Positions 21,255 through 31,100 of a stretch of 64,000 nucleotides of DNA are shown here, piece after piece. Position numbers and translations under genes: made by a program. The stretch comes from Pirellulaceae bacterium. Its GTDB lineage: Bacteria > Planctomycetota > Planctomycetia > Pirellulales > Pirellulaceae. Position 1 is the first letter of the stretch. The number at the start of each line of letters is the position of its first letter. Where the stretch lies: positions 139 through 64,138 of the forward strand of contig JBGSUV010000142.1 in assembly GCA_041753315.1 (NCBI GenBank). The letters run 5' to 3'. Below the pieces are notes generated by a model. It had not been told where the DNA came from. It was given only the letters and a program-made list of their open reading frames with translations, and ran no database searches.

Positions 21255-22589
21255 TTGGGCGATATTCACATAAACGACAATTCCAAGAATATCGTTGATG
21301 CCTGCAACAAACGGATTGCTCATCAATGCTGGGTCCCACCCAAGCTGTTGAAAGACTAGTGGCAGTACCGATCCAGTCAGCGTCCCACACAAAACCACCA
21401 GCAAAATTGTCAACGGCACGATCAAGGCTGCCGTGAAGGTGGGAGCCAGTGCAATGGCTGGGGCAAATGACAGAGCGGCCAGGAAAATTCCGAGTAAACA
21501 TCCGGTAAGCACCTCACGTGTCACGATCTTCATCCAGTCCTCTACTTTGACGTCACCTGTGGCCATCGCGGCAATGATCAGCGTCGAAGATTGCGCGCCG
21601 GAGTTTCCTCCCGAGCCGATGACAAGTGGTATGAACCAAACCAGCCAAGCGAACTGAGTCAACTCGGGTTCATAGTGTCGCAGGGCCAATGCGGTCAATA
21701 GTCCAGCGAAGAAGAGAATTCCCAGCCACATTCCTCGCTTCCACGCCAGTGTCAGAATCGCGGTGCGAACGTAACTGTCTTCAAGTGGTTCGACAGCCGC
21801 GATCCGTTGGACATCTTCCGCCGCTTCTTCCAAAAACACGTCGATCACGTCGTCGTGTGTGATGATTCCCAACATGTGGCGCTGCGCATCGACCACTGGG
21901 ATCGCCAACAAGTCGTACTTGGCGACGATGCGGGCCACCTCCTGTTGGTCTTCGTCGGCGTTGACGGTGAGAACGTCCGTGTCCATCAACTCGCCGATCG
22001 TTCGATCAGGTTTCCCAAAGGATGACACCAGCATCCGAGTGCTCACCACGCCTCGCAGGTGATTCGTGGCATCGACCACATAGATGTAGTAGATAGTCTC
22101 AAGACGTTCCGCTTGGCGACTGAGTTGCTCGAGGGCCTGTCGAACCGTCAAATGTTCACCCAGGCAGGCCGCCTCTGTGGTCATGATCGAGCCAGCCGTA
22201 CCTTCCGGAAACGTCTGCAGGCGGCGGATATCGCGTCGATCGGGTGCGGGTACCAGCGCCAGAATGTGCTCGACTCGCTCATCGGGTAGTTCGCTGAGCA
22301 GGTCCACCGCATCGTCAGCCGAGACGTGCGCTACCAACTCAGCAACTTGCGGATCCTCCTCCGACGCCAACATTTCCAGCTGTCGATCGTGCTCGAGATG
22401 ACTGAAAATCTCTGCCCGTAAGTTGGGCTCAGCGAACTGGATCACCCGCCAGGCTTCATGGGTCGTAAGCCCTTCCATGAATTCAGCCGTCCGCGCAGGG
22501 TGCAAGGCTGTGCAGAACTCTCGCAATTCACGCGCGTTGCTGTCAGCGAGCATTTCGCGAAGTTCGGGTAGGAAAAGCGTGTTAATCAT
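21243..22589 (-). CDS. mgtE: Magnesium transporter MgtE
   Basis: MgtE N-domain, CBS pair, GSGGNSGAQ and PFVAGINDILG; start likely at 22589 (MINTLFLPEL). Confidence 0.93.
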   Translation of the reverse strand: MINTLFLPELREMLADSNARELREFCTALHPARTAEFMEGLTTHEAWRVIQFAEPNLRAEIFSHLEHDRQLEMLASEEDPQVAELVAHVSADDAVDLLSELPDERVEHILALVPAPDRRDIRRLQTFPEGTAGSIMTTEAACLGEHLTVRQALEQLSRQAERLETIYYIYVVDATNHLRGVVSTRMLVSSFGKPDRTIGELMDTDVLTVNADEDQQEVARIVAKYDLLAIPVVDAQRHMLGIITHDDVIDVFLEEAAEDVQRIAAVEPLEDSYVRTAILTLAWKRGMWLGILFFAGLLTALALRHYEPELTQFAWLVWFIPLVIGSGGNSGAQSSTLIIAAMATGDVKVEDWMKIVTREVLTGCLLGIFLAALSFAPAIALAPTFTAALIVPLTILLVVLCGTLTGSVLPLVFQQLGWDPALMSNPFVAGINDILGIVVYVNIAQLFL

Positions 22590-23181
22590 GGAGTCATTTG
22601 CAATAGTTCGAGGATGCAGCAAGTCAATCTTGGGACCGATTGTAGTCCTCTGGCTTTGCCCAGTCCCCACAAATCGCTCAGACCACATGGAGCCTATACA
22701 GTATGCGGTGGCGACACTGACGCGAAGGGGACTAATCGGTCATCGACGAATTGACCGTGGCTTATTTCATGGAACTTGAATCGGCCAACAAATACACAGC
22801 AAATAGCGTGGCACTGGGTCGGAGTTTGAGTCGAGTTTCAAACGCAAAGTTGCATAGGGCAGACCGGAAAACCCTGAGGTGTGCACGTTTCAACCCCACA
22901 CTGATCGATTTGTTTACTACCTGCGGGTTGCGGGCACTGACCATTGGTGATTTTTTCTAAAATCGATTGTGGCCACGTAAGCCGCGGTAAAGGACTGGCA
23001 GTGTGACTAACGCCACCAATAACGCTCGGGAAAAGCTGGCAATGGAGCTTCCACCGACCAATTGTGGTAGTTGTCACACCGTACTGCGTTGTTAATCCTG
23101 GTTTTCTCATCGCATGTATCAGTTTGCTGACAGCGTGTCGGCGGATGCACGGATTTCTTGTCGGAAAAGGGAGTAGAAAAG

Positions 23182-23526
23182 ATGCGATTGGTGAAGAGCA
23201 TTGTTCTTGGATTGGCGGCAGTGACAGGCTTGGCGGCTTCAGCAGCAGCTCAAGCGCCTTGTCCCCAGTGCGGTCGAATTCACGGTTATTCTCAGTCTTC
23301 AGTTGGTGGTTTCCAGGCGCAAGCCGAAGCGGAAGCTCGAGTAATGGCCTCGCGGCGTTACAAGGGGCACACCCAGGGAACGGTGTCTGGCGTTAGCTTC
23401 TGCGGAGTTGGCTGGAGTTCGCATTCCACGCCGTCCACTTGCACACCTAGCGGCAACATGACGCTGGTGGCCGATGCGACGGTTCGTGGTTCGGATGGCT
23501 TCTACCGCGTCCGCTACTGGCGTTAA
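23182..23526 (+). CDS. Small secreted Cys-containing hypothetical protein
   Basis: Signal peptide MRLVKSIVLGLAAV...; GGAG RBS upstream; CxxC motif; ends in YRVRYWR. Confidence 0.65.
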   Translation: MRLVKSIVLGLAAVTGLAASAAAQAPCPQCGRIHGYSQSSVGGFQAQAEAEARVMASRRYKGHTQGTVSGVSFCGVGWSSHSTPSTCTPSGNMTLVADATVRGSDGFYRVRYWR

Positions 23527-23694
23527 CCCGATTTGGCTTGAGCGTTTGATTTTCCCGCAGCAACTCGTTCCCAGTCAGAAGTGGTAAAAGACCGGGAGCG
23601 AGTTATTTTCTTGGTTTTCCCGCAATCCGCCCCACCGGCAAATTTCTACCGACTTGGGGAGCGGCCCGAAGAGGGATAGAATGTCGAGGAGTTT

Positions 23695-24900
23695 TTGCCC
23701 TCAGTTTTCCCACCGGACCTGCCCATGATCAGAACTCTTCGTTTTACAGCGTCGAAAGTATCGTCCAAGCGTTTGTCGATCACGTTCATGACAATTCTGC
23801 TATTGTCGCTGGGAGGCGCTAGCAGTGGCCAGGAACCTTCAACCTCGCAGGCTGGAAATGCTGAGGCCGCTGTCCCCGCAGCACGCGAGATTCCGCCTCT
23901 GCCCGATCTAACCATTCAACCCAATGCCGACCGCAAAGCGTTGTTGGAATTGATCGCGACGGCAAAAGCCATCAAGCCGCAGTCGGCCGATCAATTCAAA
24001 GCGATGCAAACAGCTATCCGCGATGCATCGCGTCAACTTCTCAAAGTGATCAAAGCGGACACGGGATCGCCCGAATTTCGCCAAGCCGAAATCGACGTGA
24101 TCTCCGCTTCGGTTTCGTTGATGACCTATTTCAGCGAAAAACAACAAGCGGAAGTCGTCGCGCAGGTGCATGACTTTTTAAAAGCGCGCACTGAATTATC
24201 GATGCAGGATGTGCAAACCGGAATGTTCACCGCTGCCATGCTGGAACTTCAACCCAATAAGAAGCCATCTCGAGACACCTACCAGTTGATGGACGATCTG
24301 CTCAAAGAAGATCCACGCGAAGAAATGCAGAGCCTGCGGATAAATTTACAAGCTGCAGTCCGACGTTTGAATCTGCTTGGCAACAAATTTGACCTTAAGG
24401 CCGTAACGGTCGATGATCGAAAGATCGACATCGACGACTACGCAGGCAAGTTTGTGATCGTCGATTTTTTCGCAACGTGGTGTGAACCATGTTTGGCTGA
24501 AGTGCCGCGAATTGCCAAGCACTATGAAAAATACCGCGATAAAGGACTTGAAGTTATCGGCATCAGTTTGGATGGCGAAGCCAAGGACTTGAACAAGTTC
24601 TTGGAACGAGTGGAGCCTGCATGGCCAATCATCCACGACAATGCTGAGACCATTAGCGATCGAATCCAAATGAAATTTGGTGTCTCGTCGCTACCGACCG
24701 TTCTGCTACTTAATAAAGAAGGGACCGTTGTCTCGCTCGAAGCACGCGGCTCTGAACTCGATCGGCTCATGGAGATGCTGTTCGAAGCACCAACGCCTGC
24801 CGCCCCTAATCCCAATGCAGCTCCCACGGTGGCAGCTCCCCAGGTTTCTCCAGCAGCGGAAGCTGGAACTCCAGCCGTTGAAACTCCTCCAAAGAAATAA
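23695..24900 (+). CDS. TlpA/ResA-like thioredoxin-domain protein
   Basis: DFFATWCEPC active site; signal peptide. Confidence 0.85.
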   Translation: MPSVFPPDLPMIRTLRFTASKVSSKRLSITFMTILLLSLGGASSGQEPSTSQAGNAEAAVPAAREIPPLPDLTIQPNADRKALLELIATAKAIKPQSADQFKAMQTAIRDASRQLLKVIKADTGSPEFRQAEIDVISASVSLMTYFSEKQQAEVVAQVHDFLKARTELSMQDVQTGMFTAAMLELQPNKKPSRDTYQLMDDLLKEDPREEMQSLRINLQAAVRRLNLLGNKFDLKAVTVDDRKIDIDDYAGKFVIVDFFATWCEPCLAEVPRIAKHYEKYRDKGLEVIGISLDGEAKDLNKFLERVEPAWPIIHDNAETISDRIQMKFGVSSLPTVLLLNKEGTVVSLEARGSELDRLMEMLFEAPTPAAPNPNAAPTVAAPQVSPAAEAGTPAVETPPKK

Positions 24901-24914
24901 CTGAGCAGAGTCCT

Positions 24915-26675
24915 ATGGCCAAGCCAACCGTTTTCATTCGCCTCCTTGGATGGTGTGTTGCATTGCTGGCAAGCTTGGGGTGCCTAGGATGTGATAGCCT
25001 CAAGCCGGAAAAGCCAGAAAAACCGGCGTCGGGCGAGTTGGAAAATCTCACGTCATCTCCAACTGCGAACCCTGCTCCGTCAAACCCTACTCCGTCAAAC
25101 CCTACTCCGTCAAACGCTGCGGAGGGAATTGAGAGCGAATCTACCGAGGCTAACAATGAGAAAGCACCGGCCGATGGCAGTGTTCCCACAACGACGGCGC
25201 TCATTTTCGGAAACAATTTGCCGCCTGCGGATGATTCAGCGCAAGCACTGGAATTTCCCGATGATTCCGCTTCACCGCAATCGGTGGAACCCAACGAATA
25301 CCAGCAGCAATTGCTCGCCAGCCTGGGGGATCTCAATGCTTCGCTCCCCGCAGAATGGATCCAACAGCTGCAAAAAATTGATGGTGCCATTCAGCTTCTC
25401 ATGTCTGCGTCTGCTAACAACTTGATCGACGAGCCCACATTTCGAAGTACTGGATTGAAATTGGGGCAGATTAAACAAACCGCTGCGCGAAGGCTGGTCG
25501 AGCACCCGAGTGCAACCGCCGAACAACGCAAGTCGGGGCAATTGGCACAACTCATTGCATTGTCGCATCTCAGTGGATTTCGCGATGTGGAAGCGGCTCG
25601 GGAATTGGAGAAATATGCCGCCGAGCTTTCCGCATCAAGTGATCTGGATCTAGCTCACCAGGGTCGCGTCGTATTGATGGGATTCCAGTTGCAATCATTG
25701 CAAAATGGAGTCAGTTCTGATCCAAACGATTTGCTCGCAAGTGCCGAAGGACTATTCACGCGTGCTGCCGATCGCAACTTTCCAGAGCTGATGATCCTGC
25801 TGCAATCGAGCCAAGTGCTGGACCAAATGGGTTTTGACGAAGCCGCCCAACGGATGGATGCAATTATTGTCGAGGAATTTAGGCAAGCGTCCGATCCAAA
25901 GTTGCGCAACGAAGCTTGGAATATCGAAACGCGCGGCAGCCAGGCGTTGGAGAATTACCTCATTGCCTTTCGGAGTTTGTCGAGTGAAGCGTTTGATTCA
26001 ACAACCGCCATCGCTGCCGCTCGACAGTTGTTTACCGAATTCCCCAGCGTGCAAACGTTAGAACAATTGGCTGGAACAGTGGTCAGCATCGAATACGGTG
26101 GCAATGCCGCGCTCAGCCGCCAATTGGTCGATTTTATAGACAATAATCTGAAACAGTTTGCCCCCTCGGAGCAGACGGCGGCCATCTTACAGACGTTGGA
26201 TGGTAGCAAGAAACGTAATGCCATCGTAGCACAGCCACTCACACTAAACGGACTTGTTGGGTTTGACGGACAGCCATTCCAGGCAGCCGACTATGCAGGC
26301 AAAGTCGTGTTGGTTGATTTTTGGGCAAGTTGGTGCACCAATTGCCTCAACGAAATACCCGAAATCCGTCGCGTTTACAAGGAACTGCACGATAGCGGTT
26401 TTGAAGTTATCAGCGTCAACATGGACGAGAATTTGAAGGCGGCGCAGGAGTTTGTCGAAAAGCGAAATTTCCCTTGGCGGTCATATCACGCAGCAGACAC
26501 CGATCGCCTTGGATTTAGATCACAGTTTGCAGAAGAACTTGGCATCGCGGCCATACCCTTCATGCTTTTGGTGAGTGTCGATGGTCAGGTGACGGAACTT
26601 CATGTACGAGGTGAACGGCTCATGCCTAGCGTCCGCGCCTTGTTGGGAAAACCCACGAGCCTGATACCCGACTGA
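24915..26675 (+). CDS. TlpA/ResA-like thioredoxin-domain lipoprotein
   Basis: DFWASWCTNC active site; lipobox-like LGC; PSNPT linker repeats. Confidence 0.85.
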   Translation: MAKPTVFIRLLGWCVALLASLGCLGCDSLKPEKPEKPASGELENLTSSPTANPAPSNPTPSNPTPSNAAEGIESESTEANNEKAPADGSVPTTTALIFGNNLPPADDSAQALEFPDDSASPQSVEPNEYQQQLLASLGDLNASLPAEWIQQLQKIDGAIQLLMSASANNLIDEPTFRSTGLKLGQIKQTAARRLVEHPSATAEQRKSGQLAQLIALSHLSGFRDVEAARELEKYAAELSASSDLDLAHQGRVVLMGFQLQSLQNGVSSDPNDLLASAEGLFTRAADRNFPELMILLQSSQVLDQMGFDEAAQRMDAIIVEEFRQASDPKLRNEAWNIETRGSQALENYLIAFRSLSSEAFDSTTAIAAARQLFTEFPSVQTLEQLAGTVVSIEYGGNAALSRQLVDFIDNNLKQFAPSEQTAAILQTLDGSKKRNAIVAQPLTLNGLVGFDGQPFQAADYAGKVVLVDFWASWCTNCLNEIPEIRRVYKELHDSGFEVISVNMDENLKAAQEFVEKRNFPWRSYHAADTDRLGFRSQFAEELGIAAIPFMLLVSVDGQVTELHVRGERLMPSVRALLGKPTSLIPD

Positions 26676-26676
26676 A

Positions 26677-26848
26677 GTAGGTGACTTCCCGCCGGGAGTC
26701 ACCCTGGAAAAGCAGGTGACTTCCCGCCGGGAGTCACCCTGGAAAAGCAGGTGACTTCCCGCCGGGAGTCACCCTGGAAAAGCAGGCGACTTCCCGCCGG
26801 GAGTCACCCTGGAAAAGTAGGTGGCTTCCCGCCGGGAGTCACCCTGGA
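26677..26848 (+). repeat. Five tandem 35-bp REP units (family B)
   Basis: G(T/C)AG-GTGACTTCCC-GCC-GGGAGTCACC-CTGGAAAA at 26677, 26712, 26747, 26782 and 26817. Confidence 0.92.
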
Positions 26849-26878
26849 CCATTGATACCTTTGAGAGATAAAAAGACA

Positions 26879-27448
26879 ATGTGGCACTCCTCGCGCGTGA
26901 TCTCAATTTTGTTATCTATCGTTGGAATCAACGCTGGCTTGGTGGTCTGGAGTGTTGTCGACCGCCATTCGCTAGCCCAAACGCCAAATGAATCGTCGGG
27001 CGCGAGCCGCCAGGATGAAGACCAACGCCTGCTCGACTCCATACCGAAACCGGACCTGGATCAGTTGACGATCCCAATCGCCCCCGCAGATATCGAATCC
27101 GACATCGGCTTTCAGAAGTTTCGCGAAGAGGCGGCGGAGTTGATTCCATCCCTGAGCAATACGTTGAACCAATCACTGCCGATCGGAACGGATGGGCCCC
27201 AACCGACCTTGTCGAATTCTGCTGCGACGCAATTTCCAGCAGGCGACGAATACTTAACGCGCGACGAATTCGCAACCATGGAGCGGCGGCTTCAAGTGGT
27301 ATCGCACCTTACCGAAGCTGCACTTGGCCTAACGCGCGAGGCCGAGGAGCTTTCGAGTTTAGGGGCTACGGAGCGTGCTACCGAACTCATGCAGAAGACG
27401 AAACTGCTGCGTCAACTATCTGCTGAATTGCTCGTCGATGCCCTGTAG
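26879..27448 (+). CDS. Hypothetical membrane-anchored protein
   Basis: N-terminal TM helix, helical C-terminus; start at 26879 or 26852. Confidence 0.6.
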   Translation: MWHSSRVISILLSIVGINAGLVVWSVVDRHSLAQTPNESSGASRQDEDQRLLDSIPKPDLDQLTIPIAPADIESDIGFQKFREEAAELIPSLSNTLNQSLPIGTDGPQPTLSNSAATQFPAGDEYLTRDEFATMERRLQVVSHLTEAALGLTREAEELSSLGATERATELMQKTKLLRQLSAELLVDAL

Positions 27449-28127
27449 CTGGTTATCGAGTTCAGCAGGCTGTCTGGGCGTTGTGGGCTGATTTGCAGCG
27501 AATTGTCGCCCAGTTCGGCCGAAATCGCTCCGAAGACATAGCCAGCCGGAGGACAGAAGATCGCCAAACTCACTGCCAGGGTGTTATCGATGTCTCCAAG
27601 CAGGACAACGATGGTAGTCACCACTCTCCCAACACGACAACTGTGCCTGATAACAGACGAGCGATGCATCGGCTTCAATTGCACAGTTGGTGATGTGTAT
27701 GGTTCAGAATTAACGCATATCCTGCGAGGCGCTGACCACAAGTTTCCGTTTTTTGCATCGCCCATAAGTTGACGTGTTGTGATCGCCGTGTTCACGGCGG
27801 TGTGGAATCGAAATTTGAATAATTCGGGATTAACAACACCGAATTCTTAGCGAATTCCGCTGCTTAGAAACAACCCTGCTGCATCTGCAGCAAACCGCCA
27901 GAAGGTTGGTTTGCCTCGCGATTCAAAGTTGCAAATACAATTTGTGCGAAAATGACACAAAAAATGGCGGAGTTCGGGCTGCCATGCTACTCCTAGTTGT
28001 AACGGCGGCAATTGAAGTGCCTTGCCGCACACCTATTCGCTTATCTGCTCGTTTAACCACCCGCTGTCGCGTCGAGCTGATAGGTCATTCACTCCTTTTC
28101 TTATTCATTCGAAAGAAAGAATCTCGC

Positions 28128-31100
28128 ATGTCCAAGCGACAAAATCGAAGATCGCGTGTTATTGAACGTCTCGAAGCCCGCAACCTGCTGGCAGGCGTAA
28201 TCCTGCAGTCGGTGACAGCTGATGGCGGCACGCAGCTCTCTTTGACATACGAAGTTCGCGAACTAACAACGGAGCTTAATGTTGGCTTCTATCGAAATTC
28301 AGGCTCCTTTTTGGCTGACGCTGTGCTGTTGGACAACGCGACGCTGAGTGATCCAGCGGACCTTTCAATGGGCGTCCATGTTAAGAATTTTTCGATTGGA
28401 AGCGGAGTTGACCAGATCGCGCTACCCGGTGCAGGGGCGGCAGAGGTTCAGCAAGACTACGCGATTTGGGCTGTGGCAAATCCGACGATACCTGATTTGG
28501 AGAGCGCGGTTGTGTTCGCGGGAGTCTATCATGCTCCGTTGAGCGACATATTTATTCATGGACGCAATATCGCAGACTCCGTAGCCATCGATTCGAACTA
28601 CCGCGTCACACTAAACGGCGCAATGAAGCGCTACACCTCCAGCGATGTAACAGGCTTCCGTGTCCGCGGCCATGATGGCAATGATGTGGTCAATGCCTCA
28701 ACAGCCGCTAAGGTGTTATCCATTTATGGCGGAACTGGAAATGATGTGCTGAAGGGGGGGGGGGCAGCTGACTGGCTCTTGGGTGGCCATGGAGACGATG
28801 AGTTAGTCGGCGGCAGGGGGAACGATACACTCGATGGAGGTGAAGGGAGCGATGTGTATCAGCTCGCCGGTACTAACCAAGGGGCTGACACTTATATAGA
28901 TGGTGGTACCGGTGGCGTGGACCAAATTATCGCTACCGCCAACTTTACGAACATTTCCTTGGGCGCGAGTTTTTCGTCTGCCAGTGGCATCGAATCTATC
29001 TCGGCCAATGGATTCACCAGCGTCAAAATCTTGGGCACCAGCGGTAGCAACACGCTTAACTTTAGCGCGCTGTCGCTAAACGGAGTTTCCATTATTGATG
29101 GCCTAGCGGGCGCTGACAACATTTTAGGTAGCGATGGCGATGATCTTCTGCGGGCGGGTACTGGCAACGACGCTGTCGATGGCGGTGGCGGAACCGACAT
29201 AGCTCACTTCGCGGGGGCCATGACAACTTATTCCATCGTACAGACCGGGGACGTAGTTATAGTCAAAGACTTGGCGAAAACTGTCAATGGTAACGATGGT
29301 ACCGATACATTGCGCGGCATCGAAGTGCTGCGGTTCTTAGATGGCGATTACAATTTAACTGGTCCAACAAATTCCCCACCGCTCGCCTTGCCGGATAGCA
29401 TCACTGTCAGCGACACTTCCGGTGCTACTGTTGTGCAGGTCTTGGCCAACGACACCGATATCGACGTTGGTGATACCAAACGCGTGGTTTCGGTAGATAG
29501 TGTAGGCGTCCGCGGCATCGTACAAATTCCATCTGGTGGCACGGCAGTGCTCTTTTCTCCCAACAATGCGTATGGCTATTTAAGAGCGGGCGAGACAGCG
29601 GTCGAAACGATCACCTACACCATGGCCGATGCGGCGGGAGCACAATCGACGGCCACGTTGGTTGTAACGGTAACTGGAACCAACAGCGCGCCTGTGGCAG
29701 TCGCAGATAATGCATCCGTTTCCGAGAATGCGAGCTCCACCCTTCTAGACGTGTTGGTCAATGACACCGATGTCGATGTCGGAGATACCAAGATCGTGCT
29801 GTCAGTTTATGGAGATGGTTATCCCGCCGACTGGTACGTGGTATGCACTTATGGTGTTTGTGCTCCTATGACGATCCCTGCTGTGCCAGCCATTCAAGGG
29901 TCGGTCACAGTTGCTCCCGATGGTCATGGTGTGATCTATTCACCTGGCAATGCATTCCAATACTTAAGGGCTGGACAATCAGTCACAGAACGCTTTACCT
30001 ACACTATGGCCGATTCGGCTGGCGCCATAGCGACCACTTGGGTCACGGTGACTATAACCGGTGCCAACGATGCGCCCATAGCGGCTCCAGATAGTCCAAT
30101 TGTCGCTAAAAATTCTGCGCCGGTGACGATTAACGTGCTAGCCAACGACAGTGATGCGGATGCGGGCGATACCAAGACAGTGCTTTCTTTGGATACCAGC
30201 ACCCTGTTAGGCACGGCAACGATCTCGGCTGGTGGAACGAGCGTGATTTACTCGGTAGGTACTAGCTTCCTCGACCTGCAACCAGGCCAGGTCGCTATCG
30301 AGACATTCTCGTACACGATGAGTGATGCTGCAGGTGCGCAATCGACAGCATCGGTCACGGTGCGCATTAATGGTACAAATTCGGCTCCCATCGCCATTGC
30401 CGATGTGGGAACAGCCATAGAAAATGGCGAGCCATTGACTATCGACGTCTTAACCAACGATACCGACGAGGATCTAGGAGACTCGAAAACTGTTATCGCC
30501 GTCAATGGAACAGGATTGCTGGGGGCTGTCTCGGTCGCACCGGGGGGCACTGCGGTTATTTATACCGTTGGCAATGCATTCCAGAGTTTGGCTCACGGGG
30601 CGACGGCCAGCGAATCGTTTACTTATACCATGCGAGATTCCCTGGGTGCCCAATCGACCGCCACGGTTCAGGTCACGGTGACCGGAGCGAACGATGCTCC
30701 AGGCGCGGTAGAAAATACAGCCACAGCTTCTGAAGACGGTCCACCGATCACGATTGACGTGCTGGCCAATGACTCCGACCTCGATGCGGGTGACAGCATG
30801 CAGATCGTCTCTATCCTTGGCAACAACCTGCAAGGCTCGATCGCTATTGCTCCAGACGAAGCCAGTATCATTTATTCAGTCGGTGATGCTTTCCAGAGCT
30901 TGAGGGCTGGGGCCACGGCGACAGAAGTTTTCAGCTATACCATGCGCGACGCTGCGGGTGCAACGTCGACGGCCAATGTAACAGTTACCATCACGGGTGT
31001 TAACGACAGTCCAGTGGCCATGGAAAATGTGTTCACGATAACGGAAGACGCGATGGCCACCACGTTGGCTGTACTGGCCAATGACACAGATCCGGACGTG

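Noticed and set aside
22590-23150. M-box riboswitch upstream of mgtE
   Set aside because: No recognisable M-box consensus motifs by eye; a covariance-model search would be needed to exclude it formally
26677-26848. 35-bp periodic palindromic repeat as a second CRISPR array
   Set aside because: No unique spacers; the units are contiguous GTAG-type REP hairpins
27412-27795. 127-aa minus-strand ORF between the hypothetical gene and the adhesin
   Set aside because: Overlaps a better ORF, has no recognisable motif or RBS; left uncalled
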